A stretch of 64,000 nt of DNA from Collinsella sp. (GTDB lineage Bacteria > Actinomycetota > Coriobacteriia > Coriobacteriales > Coriobacteriaceae). The notes beneath the pieces are model-generated. The model did not search any database. It saw only the letters and a list, made by a program, of their open reading frames with translations, and had not been told where the DNA came from. Made by a program: the position numbers and the translations under genes. Location: assembly GCA_036304385.1 (NCBI GenBank), contig JAXIYS010000078.1:9473-73472 (forward strand), given 5' to 3'. This document shows positions 50,501 to 59,952 of the stretch, piece after piece (position 1 is the stretch's first letter; the number at the start of each line of letters is the position of its first letter).

Positions 50501-52171
50501 ATGTCTCAAGAAACCATCCGCGCGGCCGAGCGCGCCGCGGGACAGGTGAACGCCATGTCGACGTATGATCCGGACTCTGACCAGCTGCATGAGGAATGCG
50601 GCGTTTTTGGTGTCTGGGCGCCCGATCGCGACGTGGCTCGACTGACGTACTTTGGCCTGCGTGCACTGCAGCACCGTGGCCAAGAATCGGCGGGAATCGC
50701 TGTTGGTGACGGCGGTACGGTTATGGTCCGCAAGGATCTGGGCCTGCTCGACCGCGTGTTCTCCAATGCCGACTTGTCGACGCTCTCCGGTCAGCTGGCC
50801 GTGGGTCATGTGCGCTACGGCACCGCCGGCGCCAAGAGCTGGGAAGCCTCTCAGCCGCACCTCTCTACCATCAATAGCGTCATTATCGCGCTCGCGCACA
50901 ACGGCACCCTCGTCAACACCGACGAGCTGCGCCGCCAGCTGATCGAGCTGGGCGTGCCGTTCCTCTCCAACTCGGATTCCGAGGTCGCGACCAAACTCAT
51001 CGGCTACTTTACCCAGCGTACGGGCCACCTGCGCGAGGGCATTCGTAAGACCATGGAGCTCGTGCGCGGCGGCTACGCCATGACGCTCATCAACGAGCAG
51101 GCGCTCTACGCATTCCGCGATCCGCATGGCATTCGCCCGCTGGTGCTGGGCAAGCTCGTGGACGAGGGCCTGGACCAGGCCGATGCCGCTTCCGTTTCGC
51201 AACTGCCGTCGCAAGACGACGCCGCGACGGTCGACGCTGCCACCCATGTCACCCGCGCCGGCGGCTGGGTCGTCGCATCTGAGACCTGTGCACTCGATAT
51301 CGTGGGCGCCGAGTACGTCCGCGACGTCCGTCCCGGTGAGATTTTGCGCATCAGCGCCGAGGGCCTTGTGTCCGAGCAGGGCGTGCCTGCCGCCGAAGAG
51401 CCTGCTAACTGCATCTTTGAGCAGGTCTACTTCGCTCGCCCCGACTCCATCATGAACGGCAAGAGTGTCTACGCTTGCCGTTATGACATGGGTCGTCAGC
51501 TGGCACATGAGGAGCCCGTCGAGGCCGACCTGGTCATCGGCGTGCCCGACTCCGGCCTGCCGCCCGCGGAGGGCTATTCGCACGAGAGCGGCATTCCCTT
51601 TGGCGAGGGCCTCATCAAGAATCGTTATGTGGGCCGTACGTTTATCGAGCCCACGCAGGAGCTGCGAGCCATGGGCGTGCGCATGAAGCTCAATCCGCTG
51701 CGCGACAACATCGAGGGCAAGCGCCTGGTCGTCATCGACGACTCCATCGTGCGCGGCACCACCATGGTGCAGCTCGTCAAGATGCTGCGCAACGCCGGCG
51801 CCAAGGAGATTCACATCCGCATCAACTCGCCCGAGGTCATCTGGCCGTGCTTCTACGGTATCGATACCGACGTGCAGTCGCAGCTCATCAGCGCCAACAA
51901 GACGGTCGAGGAGATCTGCGAGTACATCGGCGCCGATTCGCTGGCCTTCCTTTCGGTCGAGGGCCTGCTGAAGGTCATGCCCAAGGGCGGCTACTGCGAT
52001 GCGTGCTTTACCGGACGCTACCCCGTGGCGATTCCCGAGAGCTTTGGCCGCGACAAGTTCATGGAGGGCTTTAAGCCCCGCAACCTGGATAAGCCGCTGC
52101 ATTTTGACGACGACGCCGTGGTCGAGAAATACGATGACCGCAGCTGGGAAGAGGAGCACGGCGAGGCCTAA
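50501..52171 (+). CDS. purF: Amidophosphoribosyltransferase
   Basis: Ntn Cys after the propeptide (HEECGVFGVW), a PRPP-binding loop (VVIDDSIVRGTT) and C-terminal Cys residues. It carries an internal insertion. Confidence 0.93.
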   Translation: MSQETIRAAERAAGQVNAMSTYDPDSDQLHEECGVFGVWAPDRDVARLTYFGLRALQHRGQESAGIAVGDGGTVMVRKDLGLLDRVFSNADLSTLSGQLAVGHVRYGTAGAKSWEASQPHLSTINSVIIALAHNGTLVNTDELRRQLIELGVPFLSNSDSEVATKLIGYFTQRTGHLREGIRKTMELVRGGYAMTLINEQALYAFRDPHGIRPLVLGKLVDEGLDQADAASVSQLPSQDDAATVDAATHVTRAGGWVVASETCALDIVGAEYVRDVRPGEILRISAEGLVSEQGVPAAEEPANCIFEQVYFARPDSIMNGKSVYACRYDMGRQLAHEEPVEADLVIGVPDSGLPPAEGYSHESGIPFGEGLIKNRYVGRTFIEPTQELRAMGVRMKLNPLRDNIEGKRLVVIDDSIVRGTTMVQLVKMLRNAGAKEIHIRINSPEVIWPCFYGIDTDVQSQLISANKTVEEICEYIGADSLAFLSVEGLLKVMPKGGYCDACFTGRYPVAIPESFGRDKFMEGFKPRNLDKPLHFDDDAVVEKYDDRSWEEEHGEA

Positions 52172-52200
52172 AACCTGCCATGTGGGGACAGGTTTATTTT
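52171..52200 (+). terminator. Weak hairpin terminator after purF
   Basis: AAACCTG-11 nt-CAGGTTT followed by ATTTT. The loop/stem contains GGGGACAGG. Confidence 0.45.
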
Positions 52201-52328
52201 GGTAGGTTTTACCAACTGTTTTGTTGATATGACGGCGCGTGCTGTTATGGCGCGCGCCAAAATGAACGCAACTATGAGCACCGTTTGGCGCCCGTGCGGC
52301 GCCACGGTAGTGGGAGAGGAAGGCTCGG

Positions 52329-53432
52329 ATGAGCGACAGCAAGCATGTGACGTACGAGGACGCCGGCGTCGATACCGCCGAGGGTGGCCGCGCCGTCGAC
52401 GCTATTAAGCAGATGGTCAAGGACACCAACCGCCCCGAGGTTATCGGCGGCATCGGTGGCTTTGGTGGCCTGTTCTCGGCCGCCGCGCTTAAGGATATGG
52501 AAGACCCGATCTTGATCAGCGGTACCGACGGCGTGGGCACCAAGCTCGTGCTCGCCCAGATTATGGACCGTCACGAGACGGTGGGCCAGGACCTGGTCGC
52601 CATGTGCGTCAATGACATTTTGGCTTCGGGCGCCGAGCCGCTGTTCTTCCTGGATTACGTTGCCATCGGTCACATTGAGGCCGAGCACATGGCAAAGATC
52701 ATCAAGGGCGTGGCCGACGGCTGCAAGCTCGCGGGCTGCGCGCTCGTGGGCGGCGAGATGGCCGAGCACCCGGGCGTCATGGCCCCCGCCGATTACGACC
52801 TCGCCGGCTTTACCGTGGGTGTTGTCGACCGTCCCAAGATGCTCGACCCCGCGAACGTTCGCCCCGGCGATGTGATCATGGGCCTGCCTTCCACCGGCGT
52901 GCACTCCAACGGCTACTCACTCGTGCGCAAGGTCATCGGTGTCGACGGCATCAAGCCGGGCACGCCCGAGGCCGCCGCTAAGGCCGAGGAGCTAAGCCGT
53001 CCGCTCGAGGAGCTCGGCGGTGCTTCGCTGGCCGACGCTCTGCTGGCTCCCACGCGCATTTATGTGAAGCCGATTCTGGAGCTGCTCCGCGGTGGCGCCA
53101 ACGTTCATGCCATTGCCCATATTACCGGCGGCGGTATCACCGAGAACCTCAACCGCGCGCTCGCCGACGACGTCGATGCTGTGGTCACCCGCAACGGCGC
53201 CGAGATGGGCTGGGATGTTCCGCCCGTCATCACCTACGTGTCGCGTCAGGCCGAGCTCGCGCCCAACGAGGCATGCAAGACCTTCAACATGGGCGTCGGC
53301 CTGTGCCTGATCGTCGCCCCCGAGGACGAGGCTGCCGTGACCGAGGCTCTGGTCGCGCTGGGCGAGAAGCCGTTCCGCGTGGGCGAGTGCGTCGAGGGTT
53401 CCGGTAAGGTCGTGTACTCCGATGAGCGCTAA
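52329..53432 (+). CDS. purM: Phosphoribosylformylglycinamidine cyclo-ligase (AIR synthetase)
   Basis: GIGGFGGLF, DGVGTK and HITGGG motifs. Confidence 0.94.
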   Translation: MSDSKHVTYEDAGVDTAEGGRAVDAIKQMVKDTNRPEVIGGIGGFGGLFSAAALKDMEDPILISGTDGVGTKLVLAQIMDRHETVGQDLVAMCVNDILASGAEPLFFLDYVAIGHIEAEHMAKIIKGVADGCKLAGCALVGGEMAEHPGVMAPADYDLAGFTVGVVDRPKMLDPANVRPGDVIMGLPSTGVHSNGYSLVRKVIGVDGIKPGTPEAAAKAEELSRPLEELGGASLADALLAPTRIYVKPILELLRGGANVHAIAHITGGGITENLNRALADDVDAVVTRNGAEMGWDVPPVITYVSRQAELAPNEACKTFNMGVGLCLIVAPEDEAAVTEALVALGEKPFRVGECVEGSGKVVYSDER

Positions 53433-54123
53433 CGAGCAGATGGCTGCTGCCGAGGGCCTGGGCTTTGTGCCCTACACCCGTCCGACCGGCACCGATACGG
53501 CCGAGCCGCTTAAGATCGGCGTGCTTATCAGCGGTTCGGGTACCAACCTGCAGGCGCTGATCGACCTGATCGCCGCCGGCAAGCTCAACGCCTCGATTGA
53601 GCTTGTGGTGTCGAGCCGCCCTTCGGCCAAGGGCTTGCACCGCGCCGAGCGTGCGGGCATCCAGACACTCACGCTGTCCAAGGATGTCTATGCCGACCCC
53701 ATCGCGGCTGACGAGATCATTGCGCATGAGCTGCTCGAACGCGGCTGCGAGTACGTGGTGATGGCCGGTTACATGCGCATGGTGCACACGCCGCTGCTGG
53801 CGGCGTTTCCCAATCGCGTGGTCAACCTGCATCCGGCGCTGCTGCCGAGCTTTACCGGCGCCCATGCGATCGACGATGCGTTTGCTCGCGGTGTCAAGGT
53901 GACCGGCGTGACCGTGCACTTTGCCAACGAGATCTACGACAACGGCCCCATCATCGCCCAGCGTGTGCTGGCTGTTGAGGAGGGCTGGGACGTCGACACG
54001 CTCGAGGAGCACATTCACACGATCGAGCACGTGCTGTATCCCGAGGTCGTGCAGATGCTCGCCGACGGCCGCGTCCACGTGCTGGAGAGCGGCAAGGTCG
54101 CAATTGATGCGCCGCGCGGCTAG
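53422..54123 (+). CDS. purN: Phosphoribosylglycinamide formyltransferase
   Basis: GVLISGSGTNLQAL, NLHPALLP and VHF...DNGPII motifs. Overlaps purM by 11 nt. Confidence 0.92.
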   Translation: MSANEQMAAAEGLGFVPYTRPTGTDTAEPLKIGVLISGSGTNLQALIDLIAAGKLNASIELVVSSRPSAKGLHRAERAGIQTLTLSKDVYADPIAADEIIAHELLERGCEYVVMAGYMRMVHTPLLAAFPNRVVNLHPALLPSFTGAHAIDDAFARGVKVTGVTVHFANEIYDNGPIIAQRVLAVEEGWDVDTLEEHIHTIEHVLYPEVVQMLADGRVHVLESGKVAIDAPRG

Positions 54124-54202
54124 TGGCGCACAGTACAATTTAGCCGAGTAGTCAGGGTGGTCATTGGCGCCAAGGCGCAAGTGGCCATCCTTTGTTTTTG
54201 GC

Positions 54203-54283
54203 AGTCATTGGGGACGTTCTTAAACGACTAGTCATTGGGGACGTTCTTGAATGACTAGTCGTTTAAGAACGTCCCATGTGACT
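54203..54283. repeat. Three abutting 27-bp units (direct, direct, inverted) with a GGGGACGTTC core
   Basis: U1 is AGTCATTGGGGACGTTCTTAAACGACT, U2 is AGTCATTGGGGACGTTCTTGAATGACT and U3 is AGTCGTTTAAGAACGTCCCATGTGACT. U1 and U3 give a 19-bp perfect inverted repeat (54211-54229 / 54257-54275). Confidence 0.9.
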
Positions 54284-54302
54284 AGGTGAGAGAGGTGAGC
54301 GC

Positions 54303-54767
54303 ATGGCGGATAACGAAGCGCTGTTTACGCCTGAGCTGGTGTTTTTTGATTGGGAGTGTGCGACGCCGGATGAGGTGTTTGCGCGGCTCGAGGGTGAGCT
54401 TGCCCCACGCGGCTACATTGCCGAGGGTTGGCTCAACGCCGTCCGCACGCGCGAGGACGCTTATCCCACGGGTCTCGCTATGCCGGCGGCAAACATCGCC
54501 ATTCCGCATACCGATCCGGGATTTGTGGCCAAGCCCTATATCGCGGTGGTAAAGCCCGTCACACCTGTGACGTTCAACGCGATGGCGGGCATGGGCGCCC
54601 CGGTGCCGGCGCAGATCGTCATCAACCTGGGCATTGCCGAGCCGGGCGGTCAGGTCGAGGCGCTTCAGGCACTCATGAATATCTTTATGGACACCGACGC
54701 TGCAACCGATGTACTCGGCCAGACCACGCCCCAAGGCATGGTCGACGCCATCCGTCGCCACTTCTAA
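54303..54767 (+). CDS. PTS EIIA component (fructose/mannitol type-2 family), orphan
   Basis: Active-site region PTGLAMPAANIAIPHTD at a typical length of about 150 aa. No EIIB or EIIC gene lies nearby. Confidence 0.8.
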   Translation: MADNEALFTPELVFFDWECATPDEVFARLEGELAPRGYIAEGWLNAVRTREDAYPTGLAMPAANIAIPHTDPGFVAKPYIAVVKPVTPVTFNAMAGMGAPVPAQIVINLGIAEPGGQVEALQALMNIFMDTDAATDVLGQTTPQGMVDAIRRHF

Positions 54768-54783
54768 GTCCGGCGCTGGGGAC

Positions 54784-54824
54784 CGTCCCTAACCGCCGGC
54801 AGAAAAGGAACGTCCCTAACTGCC
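54784..54824. repeat. Two CGTCCCTAAC(C/T)GCC motifs 27 bp apart (GGGACG core, opposite orientation)
   Basis: CGTCCCTAACCGCC at 54784-54797 and CGTCCCTAACTGCC at 54811-54824. The first is part of the near-palindrome GGGGACCGTCCC. Confidence 0.8.
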
Positions 54825-54953
54825 AACTGCCAGACCTGCCCCCTTTGCACCAAAATGGTGCAGATTAACCTGTCCCCCATGCACCAGGTGTGCCGCGGGG
54901 GCTGCGTTGTGACACAATGGCGTTTGTTCGATTCGTGATGCGAAAGGCCAAAC

Positions 54954-56177
54954 ATGGCAAATAAGAAAAAGAACCCCGAGGTCGCGCCGACGCCCGAGCA
55001 ACAGGCTCGTGCCACCTCCAGCTCTCGCAAGAAGCAGCGCAAGACCTATGTGTCCAAGACCGTCAAGATTGTCCTGGTGGTCGTCGGCGTGCTGGCGATG
55101 CTGCTCTCCGTTTCGGCCATGGCGTGCTCCGGCCTGATGTCGCAGACCGAAAGCGCCGGCTCGGGCTATAAGCTCACTGGTGGTGTGGCGGCCACTATCA
55201 ACGGCACCAACCTCACCGAGGACACCGTGACCAAGCAGATTATGAGCATGCGCACGTCCTATGGCTACACCAAGGACAAGGACTGGGCCCAGTATCTGGT
55301 CGACAACGACCTCACGCCCAAAAAGTACCGCAAGCAGCTCATCGATTCCTACACGCAGCAGATTCTGCTTCAGCAGGCGCAGAAGGAGAACGGCGTGACG
55401 GTGTCGGACGAGGAGGTCGAGAAAGCTTGGAAGGACGCGTGCAAGAGCGCGGGCGGCGCCAAGACTTTTAAGAAGACGCTTAAGACCTACGGCTACACCG
55501 AGGACACCTACAAGGATTCGCTCAAGGAGAGCCTGGCACAGCAGAAGCTCAAGGATGCCGTGGCACCCACCAGCAAGCCCAAGGACAGCGAGATTGTCGA
55601 TTACATCAATGAGAACCTGTCCAACTACAACGATGCCCGTCGTTCGTCGAATATCCTGATCAAGGTCGATTCTGACGCTTCCGACAAGGATAAGGCCGCC
55701 GCCAAGGCCAAGGCACAGGAGTGCCTGGACAAGATCAACTCCGGCGAGCTGAGCTTTGAGGACGCCGTGAAGCAGTATTCCGACGACACCGGCTCCAAGG
55801 AGAAGAAGGGCGATGTGGGCTGGGACAAGCTCACCACCTTCGTCGACAGCTACCAGGCGGCACTCGAGGGACTCAACAAGGGCGATGTGAGCGACGTCGT
55901 CGAGTCGACCTATGGCTATCACATCATCAAGTGCACCGACTACTTCCATGTCGATAATCAGGTCGATGACATTAAGCAGGTGCCCAAGGACATCAAGAAG
56001 TACGTCTCCAACGTGGTGAAGACGCAGGCGGCAAGCACCGCGTACAGCGAGTGGCTGGAGCAGTACAAGAAGGACGCCGACATCACCGTTAACCCCATGC
56101 CCAAGGACGTGCCGTACAACGTCAGCCTGAAGGGCGTCACCAAGAGTTCGACCGACAATTCGTCGACGACTGAGTAA
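54954..56177 (+). CDS. Membrane-anchored parvulin-type peptidyl-prolyl isomerase (PrsA/SurA-like)
   Basis: Basic N-terminus plus a TM, a chaperone-like region and a parvulin core (SSNILIKV...GDVGW...GYHIIK). Confidence 0.85.
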   Translation: MANKKKNPEVAPTPEQQARATSSSRKKQRKTYVSKTVKIVLVVVGVLAMLLSVSAMACSGLMSQTESAGSGYKLTGGVAATINGTNLTEDTVTKQIMSMRTSYGYTKDKDWAQYLVDNDLTPKKYRKQLIDSYTQQILLQQAQKENGVTVSDEEVEKAWKDACKSAGGAKTFKKTLKTYGYTEDTYKDSLKESLAQQKLKDAVAPTSKPKDSEIVDYINENLSNYNDARRSSNILIKVDSDASDKDKAAAKAKAQECLDKINSGELSFEDAVKQYSDDTGSKEKKGDVGWDKLTTFVDSYQAALEGLNKGDVSDVVESTYGYHIIKCTDYFHVDNQVDDIKQVPKDIKKYVSNVVKTQAASTAYSEWLEQYKKDADITVNPMPKDVPYNVSLKGVTKSSTDNSSTTE

Positions 56178-56231
56178 TCATGGGGCGGCGCTCGAGTGAG
56201 TGCCGCCCGCACTATTGAGGAGGATTTGCAG

Positions 56232-56675
56232 ATGACCAACGAAGAGCTGCAGAAGGAAATGATCGCGGCCATGAAGGCCAAGGACAAGGTTCGCCTGTCT
56301 ATCATTCGTCAGGTTAAGGCCGAGGTGAAGAACATCGAGGTCAACGAGCGTCGTGATGTGACCGAGGAAGACGTCAACAGCATGATCAAGCGTCTGATTA
56401 AGCAGACGAGCGAGACGCTGGAGATGTCCATTAAGGCCGGTACCGACCAGGAGCGTACCGACAACCTGACCGAGCAGGTCAAGATTCTGGAGAGCCTGCT
56501 GCCCGCGCAGGTTTCGGGTGAGGAGCTCGAGGCCCTGATCGAGCAGGTCATCGCCGAGCTGGGTGCGACCTCTAAGAAGCAGATGGGCCAGGTCATGGGC
56601 GCTCTGGGCAAGGCCACTGGCGGCAACTTCGATAAGCCGGCAGCAGCAAAGATCGTCGGTGCAAAGCTTGCGTAA
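56232..56675 (+). CDS. yqeY: GatB/YqeY domain protein
   Basis: MTNEELQKEMIAAMKAKDKVRLSIIRQVKAEVKNIEV... and C-terminal MGQVMGAL. ATG at 56232 follows GAGGAGG. Confidence 0.85.
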   Translation: MTNEELQKEMIAAMKAKDKVRLSIIRQVKAEVKNIEVNERRDVTEEDVNSMIKRLIKQTSETLEMSIKAGTDQERTDNLTEQVKILESLLPAQVSGEELEALIEQVIAELGATSKKQMGQVMGALGKATGGNFDKPAAAKIVGAKLA

Positions 56676-56704
56676 GTGCCGAGCGGTACATAGTTGATGT
56701 TGAG

Positions 56705-56737
56705 GGGGCGTGACCATTGCGGTCGCGCCCCTTTTTT
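56705..56737 (+). terminator. Rho-independent terminator after yqeY
   Basis: GGGGCGTGACC-ATTGC-GGTCGCGCCCC followed by TTTTTT. Confidence 0.8.
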
Positions 56738-56746
56738 CTGGGCTGG

Positions 56747-56818
56747 GTACTCATTGGGGACAGGCTTAAATGAGTACCCAATGAGCGGGCACTCATTTAA
56801 GTCTGTCCCCAATGAGTG
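56747..56818. repeat. Inverted pair of roughly 30-bp hairpin units with a GGGGACAG core
   Basis: Unit A is GTACTCATTGGGGACAGGCTTAAATGAGTAC (56747-56777). Unit B, inverted, is CACTCATTTAAGTCTGTCCCCAATGAGTG (56791-56818). Confidence 0.9.
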
Positions 56819-56922
56819 GGTTAAAGGTTGCGGGTTCTTTACGGGAATGTAGTGTGGGCTGCGGAAACGTGATTCTTTCCGTACAATAGTGCAACTCGTG
56901 TAAACGCAGGGAAGGGACATTC

Positions 56923-57654
56923 ATGGCAGACATGATCGAGATCAAGCATCTCAACAAGTACTTTGGCGACCTGCATGTGCTCAAAGATATCAATCTCACC
57001 GTCAAGCGCGGCGAGAAGCTCGTAATGATCGGGCCTTCCGGTTCGGGTAAGTCAACGCTCATCCGTTGCGTCGATTATCTGGAGGAGCCCACGTCGGGCG
57101 AGGTCGTCATCGACGGTACGCCGCTCACCAAAAAGAATCACCTGGAGATGGCTCGCAAGTACAGCTCCATGGTGTTTCAGCAGTTCAACTTGTATCCCAA
57201 CATGACGGTGCTGGGCAACCTGACGCTCGCACCCATCAAGCTGCAAAAGAAGAGCAAGGAGGAGGCGACCGAGATCGCCATCGCCGCGCTCAAGCGCGTC
57301 GGGATGGCGCATAAGGCCGGCGAGTACCCGCAGAATCTCTCGGGTGGCCAGCAGCAGCGCATCGCCATCGCCCGCGCCCTGTGCACCAAGCAGCCCGTCA
57401 TCCTGTTTGACGAGCCGACCTCGGCGCTCGACCCCGAGATGGTCCAGGAGGTTCTGGACGTTATGATTGAGCTCGCGCAGGAGGACATCACCATGATCTG
57501 CGTGACGCACGAGATGGGCTTTGCGCGCCAGGTGGCCGACCGCGTCATCTTTATGGAGGACGGCCGCATTCTGGAGGAGGGCACGCCCGAGCACTTCTTC
57601 GATAATCCCGAGAACCCGCGCTGCCGCGAGTTCCTGTCCAAGATTCTGCACTAG
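56923..57654 (+). CDS. Polar amino acid ABC transporter ATP-binding protein (GlnQ-like)
   Basis: Walker A (GPSGSGKST), signature (LSGGQQQR) and Walker B ([11 protein letters not shown]). Confidence 0.92.
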   Translation: MADMIEIKHLNKYFGDLHVLKDINLTVKRGEKLVMIGPSGSGKSTLIRCVDYLEEPTSGEVVIDGTPLTKKNHLEMARKYSSMVFQQFNLYPNMTVLGNLTLAPIKLQKKSKEEATEIAIAALKRVGMAHKAGEYPQNLSGGQQQRIAIARALCTKQPVILFDEPTSALDPEMVQEVLDVMIELAQEDITMICVTHEMGFARQVADRVIFMEDGRILEEGTPEHFFDNPENPRCREFLSKILH

Positions 57655-57659
57655 GCGCG

Positions 57660-58538
57660 GTGATGGACATGACGGATATGATGAGGGCGGCCGTATCGCG
57701 CCGTCACTTTTTGCAACTGGCCGGCGCCGGCATGCTTGCGCTGACGGGGACCGCGCTTACCGGTTGCGGCAACTCCACCAGCGGCGAGGGCTCCGACAAG
57801 GGGTCCAAGCTTGCGGCCATCAAGTCGCGTGGCCATCTGAATGCCGGCGTTAAGAAGGACGTTCCCGGTTACGGCTATTACGACACCGCCAAGGGCCGCT
57901 TTGAGGGCATGGAAGTCGATTTGTGCTACCAGATCGCCGCTGCCGTCTTTGGCGTGAGCTACAAGGAGGCCCGCGCCCAGGAGCTTGTCGAGTTTACCGA
58001 CGTAACGCCCAAGACGCGCGGCCCGCTGATCGATAACGGCCAACTCGACGTGGTCGCGGCGACCTACACCATCACCGACGAGCGCAAGAAGAGCTGGGAT
58101 TTCTCGACGCCGTACCGCACCGACTACGTGGGACTCATGGTCAAGAAGCGTTCGGGCTTTACCTCGATTGATGATCTGGATGGCAAGGTCATTGGCGTGA
58201 GCCAGGGTGCCACCACGCAGGGCCTGATCGAGCAGATGATTAAGGACAACGGCTTTAGCTGCAAGCCCGAGTTTAGGGCCTTTAGCGGCTATCCCATCAT
58301 CAAGAGTTCGCTTGATGCCGGCAATATCGACGTCTTTGCCATGGATCGCTCCACGCTGGCCGGTTACATGAACGAGACCGTTGAGCTGCTGCAGCCCGAG
58401 ATCAAGTTTGGCGAGCAGGGCTACGGCGTGGCGACCAAGAAGGGCTGCGACCTTTCTGCCGTGGTCGATCAGGTGATTTGCGATCGCCTGGCCGATGGCT
58501 GGCTCGACCAAGAGGTCAAGACCTGGGGTCTTGTATAG
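57660..58538 (+). CDS. Amino acid ABC transporter substrate-binding lipoprotein
   Basis: Tat-like RRHFLQLAGAG plus the lipobox LTGC. Family-3 SBP features (GVKKDVPGYGYYD, ATYTITDERK). GTG at 57660 or ATG at 57663. Confidence 0.88.
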   Translation: MMDMTDMMRAAVSRRHFLQLAGAGMLALTGTALTGCGNSTSGEGSDKGSKLAAIKSRGHLNAGVKKDVPGYGYYDTAKGRFEGMEVDLCYQIAAAVFGVSYKEARAQELVEFTDVTPKTRGPLIDNGQLDVVAATYTITDERKKSWDFSTPYRTDYVGLMVKKRSGFTSIDDLDGKVIGVSQGATTQGLIEQMIKDNGFSCKPEFRAFSGYPIIKSSLDAGNIDVFAMDRSTLAGYMNETVELLQPEIKFGEQGYGVATKKGCDLSAVVDQVICDRLADGWLDQEVKTWGLV

Positions 58539-58563
58539 GCGCATCGTCCAAGGAAGGAATCAA

Positions 58564-59310
58564 ATGCTCGAAGGATTATTTGACGCCGACCGTTGGTCGA
58601 CGACATTTCAAAACATGGGGCCCTTCTGGGAGGGCTTTAGCGTGACGCTGCAGGTGGTCGTTGCCGGCCTGCTGCTGTCGCTGGTGCTGGGCACGCTGCT
58701 GGGCGTGTTCTCTACCACTCGCTCGCGCGTGCTGCGCGCCATAAGCCGCGTGTACGTGGAGTTTTACCAGAACACCCCGTTGCCCGTGCAGGTGCTCTTT
58801 ATGTACATGGCCGGTCCGCAGTTTTTGCAGGCCATAACCGGTGCCGACCAGCCGGTGCGCATCGCGCCGTTCGTGCTGGGCTTCTTGGGCGTGGGCCTGT
58901 ATCACGCGGCCTACATTTCGGAGGTCATCCGCACTGGTATCGAGGCAGTTCCGCGCGGTCAGATGGAGGCGGCCCAGAGCCAGGGCTTCACCCGTGCGCA
59001 GGCGTACTGGTACATCGTGCTGCCCCAGACATTCAAGATCATTCTGCCACCGCTGTGTAACCAGGCGCTCAACCTGGTCAAGAACACGTCGGTGCTGGCG
59101 CTTGTGGCCGGCGGCGACCTTATGTACCGTTCCGACAACTTTGTGAGTCTGTACGGTTACCTGCAGGGATACATCGTCTGCTGCCTTATGTATTTCATCA
59201 TCTGCTTTCCGCTCGCCATGCTGGTGCAGTGGCTCGAGCGCCGCTCCAAGGAGCGTCCGCGCGGCGTGAGCCTGGCCGAGCTGGGGCTCGACAACGTAGA
59301 GGAGGCCTAG
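58564..59310 (+). CDS. Amino acid ABC transporter permease
   Basis: HisM/GlnP-type EAA loop (AAYISEVIRTGIEAVPRGQMEAAQSQGF). ATG at 58564 follows GGAAGGA. Confidence 0.9.
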   Translation: MLEGLFDADRWSTTFQNMGPFWEGFSVTLQVVVAGLLLSLVLGTLLGVFSTTRSRVLRAISRVYVEFYQNTPLPVQVLFMYMAGPQFLQAITGADQPVRIAPFVLGFLGVGLYHAAYISEVIRTGIEAVPRGQMEAAQSQGFTRAQAYWYIVLPQTFKIILPPLCNQALNLVKNTSVLALVAGGDLMYRSDNFVSLYGYLQGYIVCCLMYFIICFPLAMLVQWLERRSKERPRGVSLAELGLDNVEEA

Positions 59311-59313
59311 CGC

Positions 59314-59952
59314 ATGGAAATCTTCAACGCGACCAACCTGCTCTACATTTGGGGCGGCTTTGTTAAGACGATCGAGGTCTCGGCGCTGTCGATCTTTTTC
59401 TCGCTCATCTTTGGCACGGTGCTGGCGCTCGTTAAGAGCTATGCGCCCCGCCCGTTCCGTATTTTGGTGAGCGCCTATATTGAACTGTTCCGCTGCACGC
59501 CAAACCTGTTGTGGATTCTGTTTATCTACTTTACGGTGCAGGGTTTGGACATTGTGATTTCGACCATCGCCTTTACGCTGTTTACTAGCGCTGTTATGGC
59601 CGAGATTGTGCGCGGCGGCCTCAACTCGATTCCGCGCGGCCAGTTTGAGGCGGCGCAGAGCCAGGGCTTTGGCTTCTTTGCCACCATGCGCTATATCATT
59701 CTGCCGCAGACGTTTAAGACGATCATTCCGGCGCTGTTTAGCCAGTGCACGACCGTCATTAAGGACAGCTCGTATCTTTCGGGCATTAACGTGGCCGAGC
59801 TCATGTACACGGCAAACGTTGTGATGGCTCACGCGATCGACCTGTCGCAGGTGCTTATGCTCTACGGTCTGGTGTTTGCGATGTACTTTGTGCTCAACTT
59901 TGGTATCTCGCTGCTGGTGAGGGCATATCAACGCCGTATCGTGGCCGCATAG
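59314..59952 (+). CDS. Amino acid ABC transporter permease (second subunit)
   Basis: EAA loop (SAVMAEIVRGGLNSIPRGQFEAAQSQGF). Confidence 0.9.
   Translation: MEIFNATNLLYIWGGFVKTIEVSALSIFFSLIFGTVLALVKSYAPRPFRILVSAYIELFRCTPNLLWILFIYFTVQGLDIVISTIAFTLFTSAVMAEIVRGGLNSIPRGQFEAAQSQGFGFFATMRYIILPQTFKTIIPALFSQCTTVIKDSSYLSGINVAELMYTANVVMAHAIDLSQVLMLYGLVFAMYFVLNFGISLLVRAYQRRIVAA

Noticed and set aside
54203-54283. A possible CRISPR array, given regularly spaced 27-bp repeats
   Set aside because: There are only three units. They abut directly with no spacers, one is inverted, and no cas genes are in the window.
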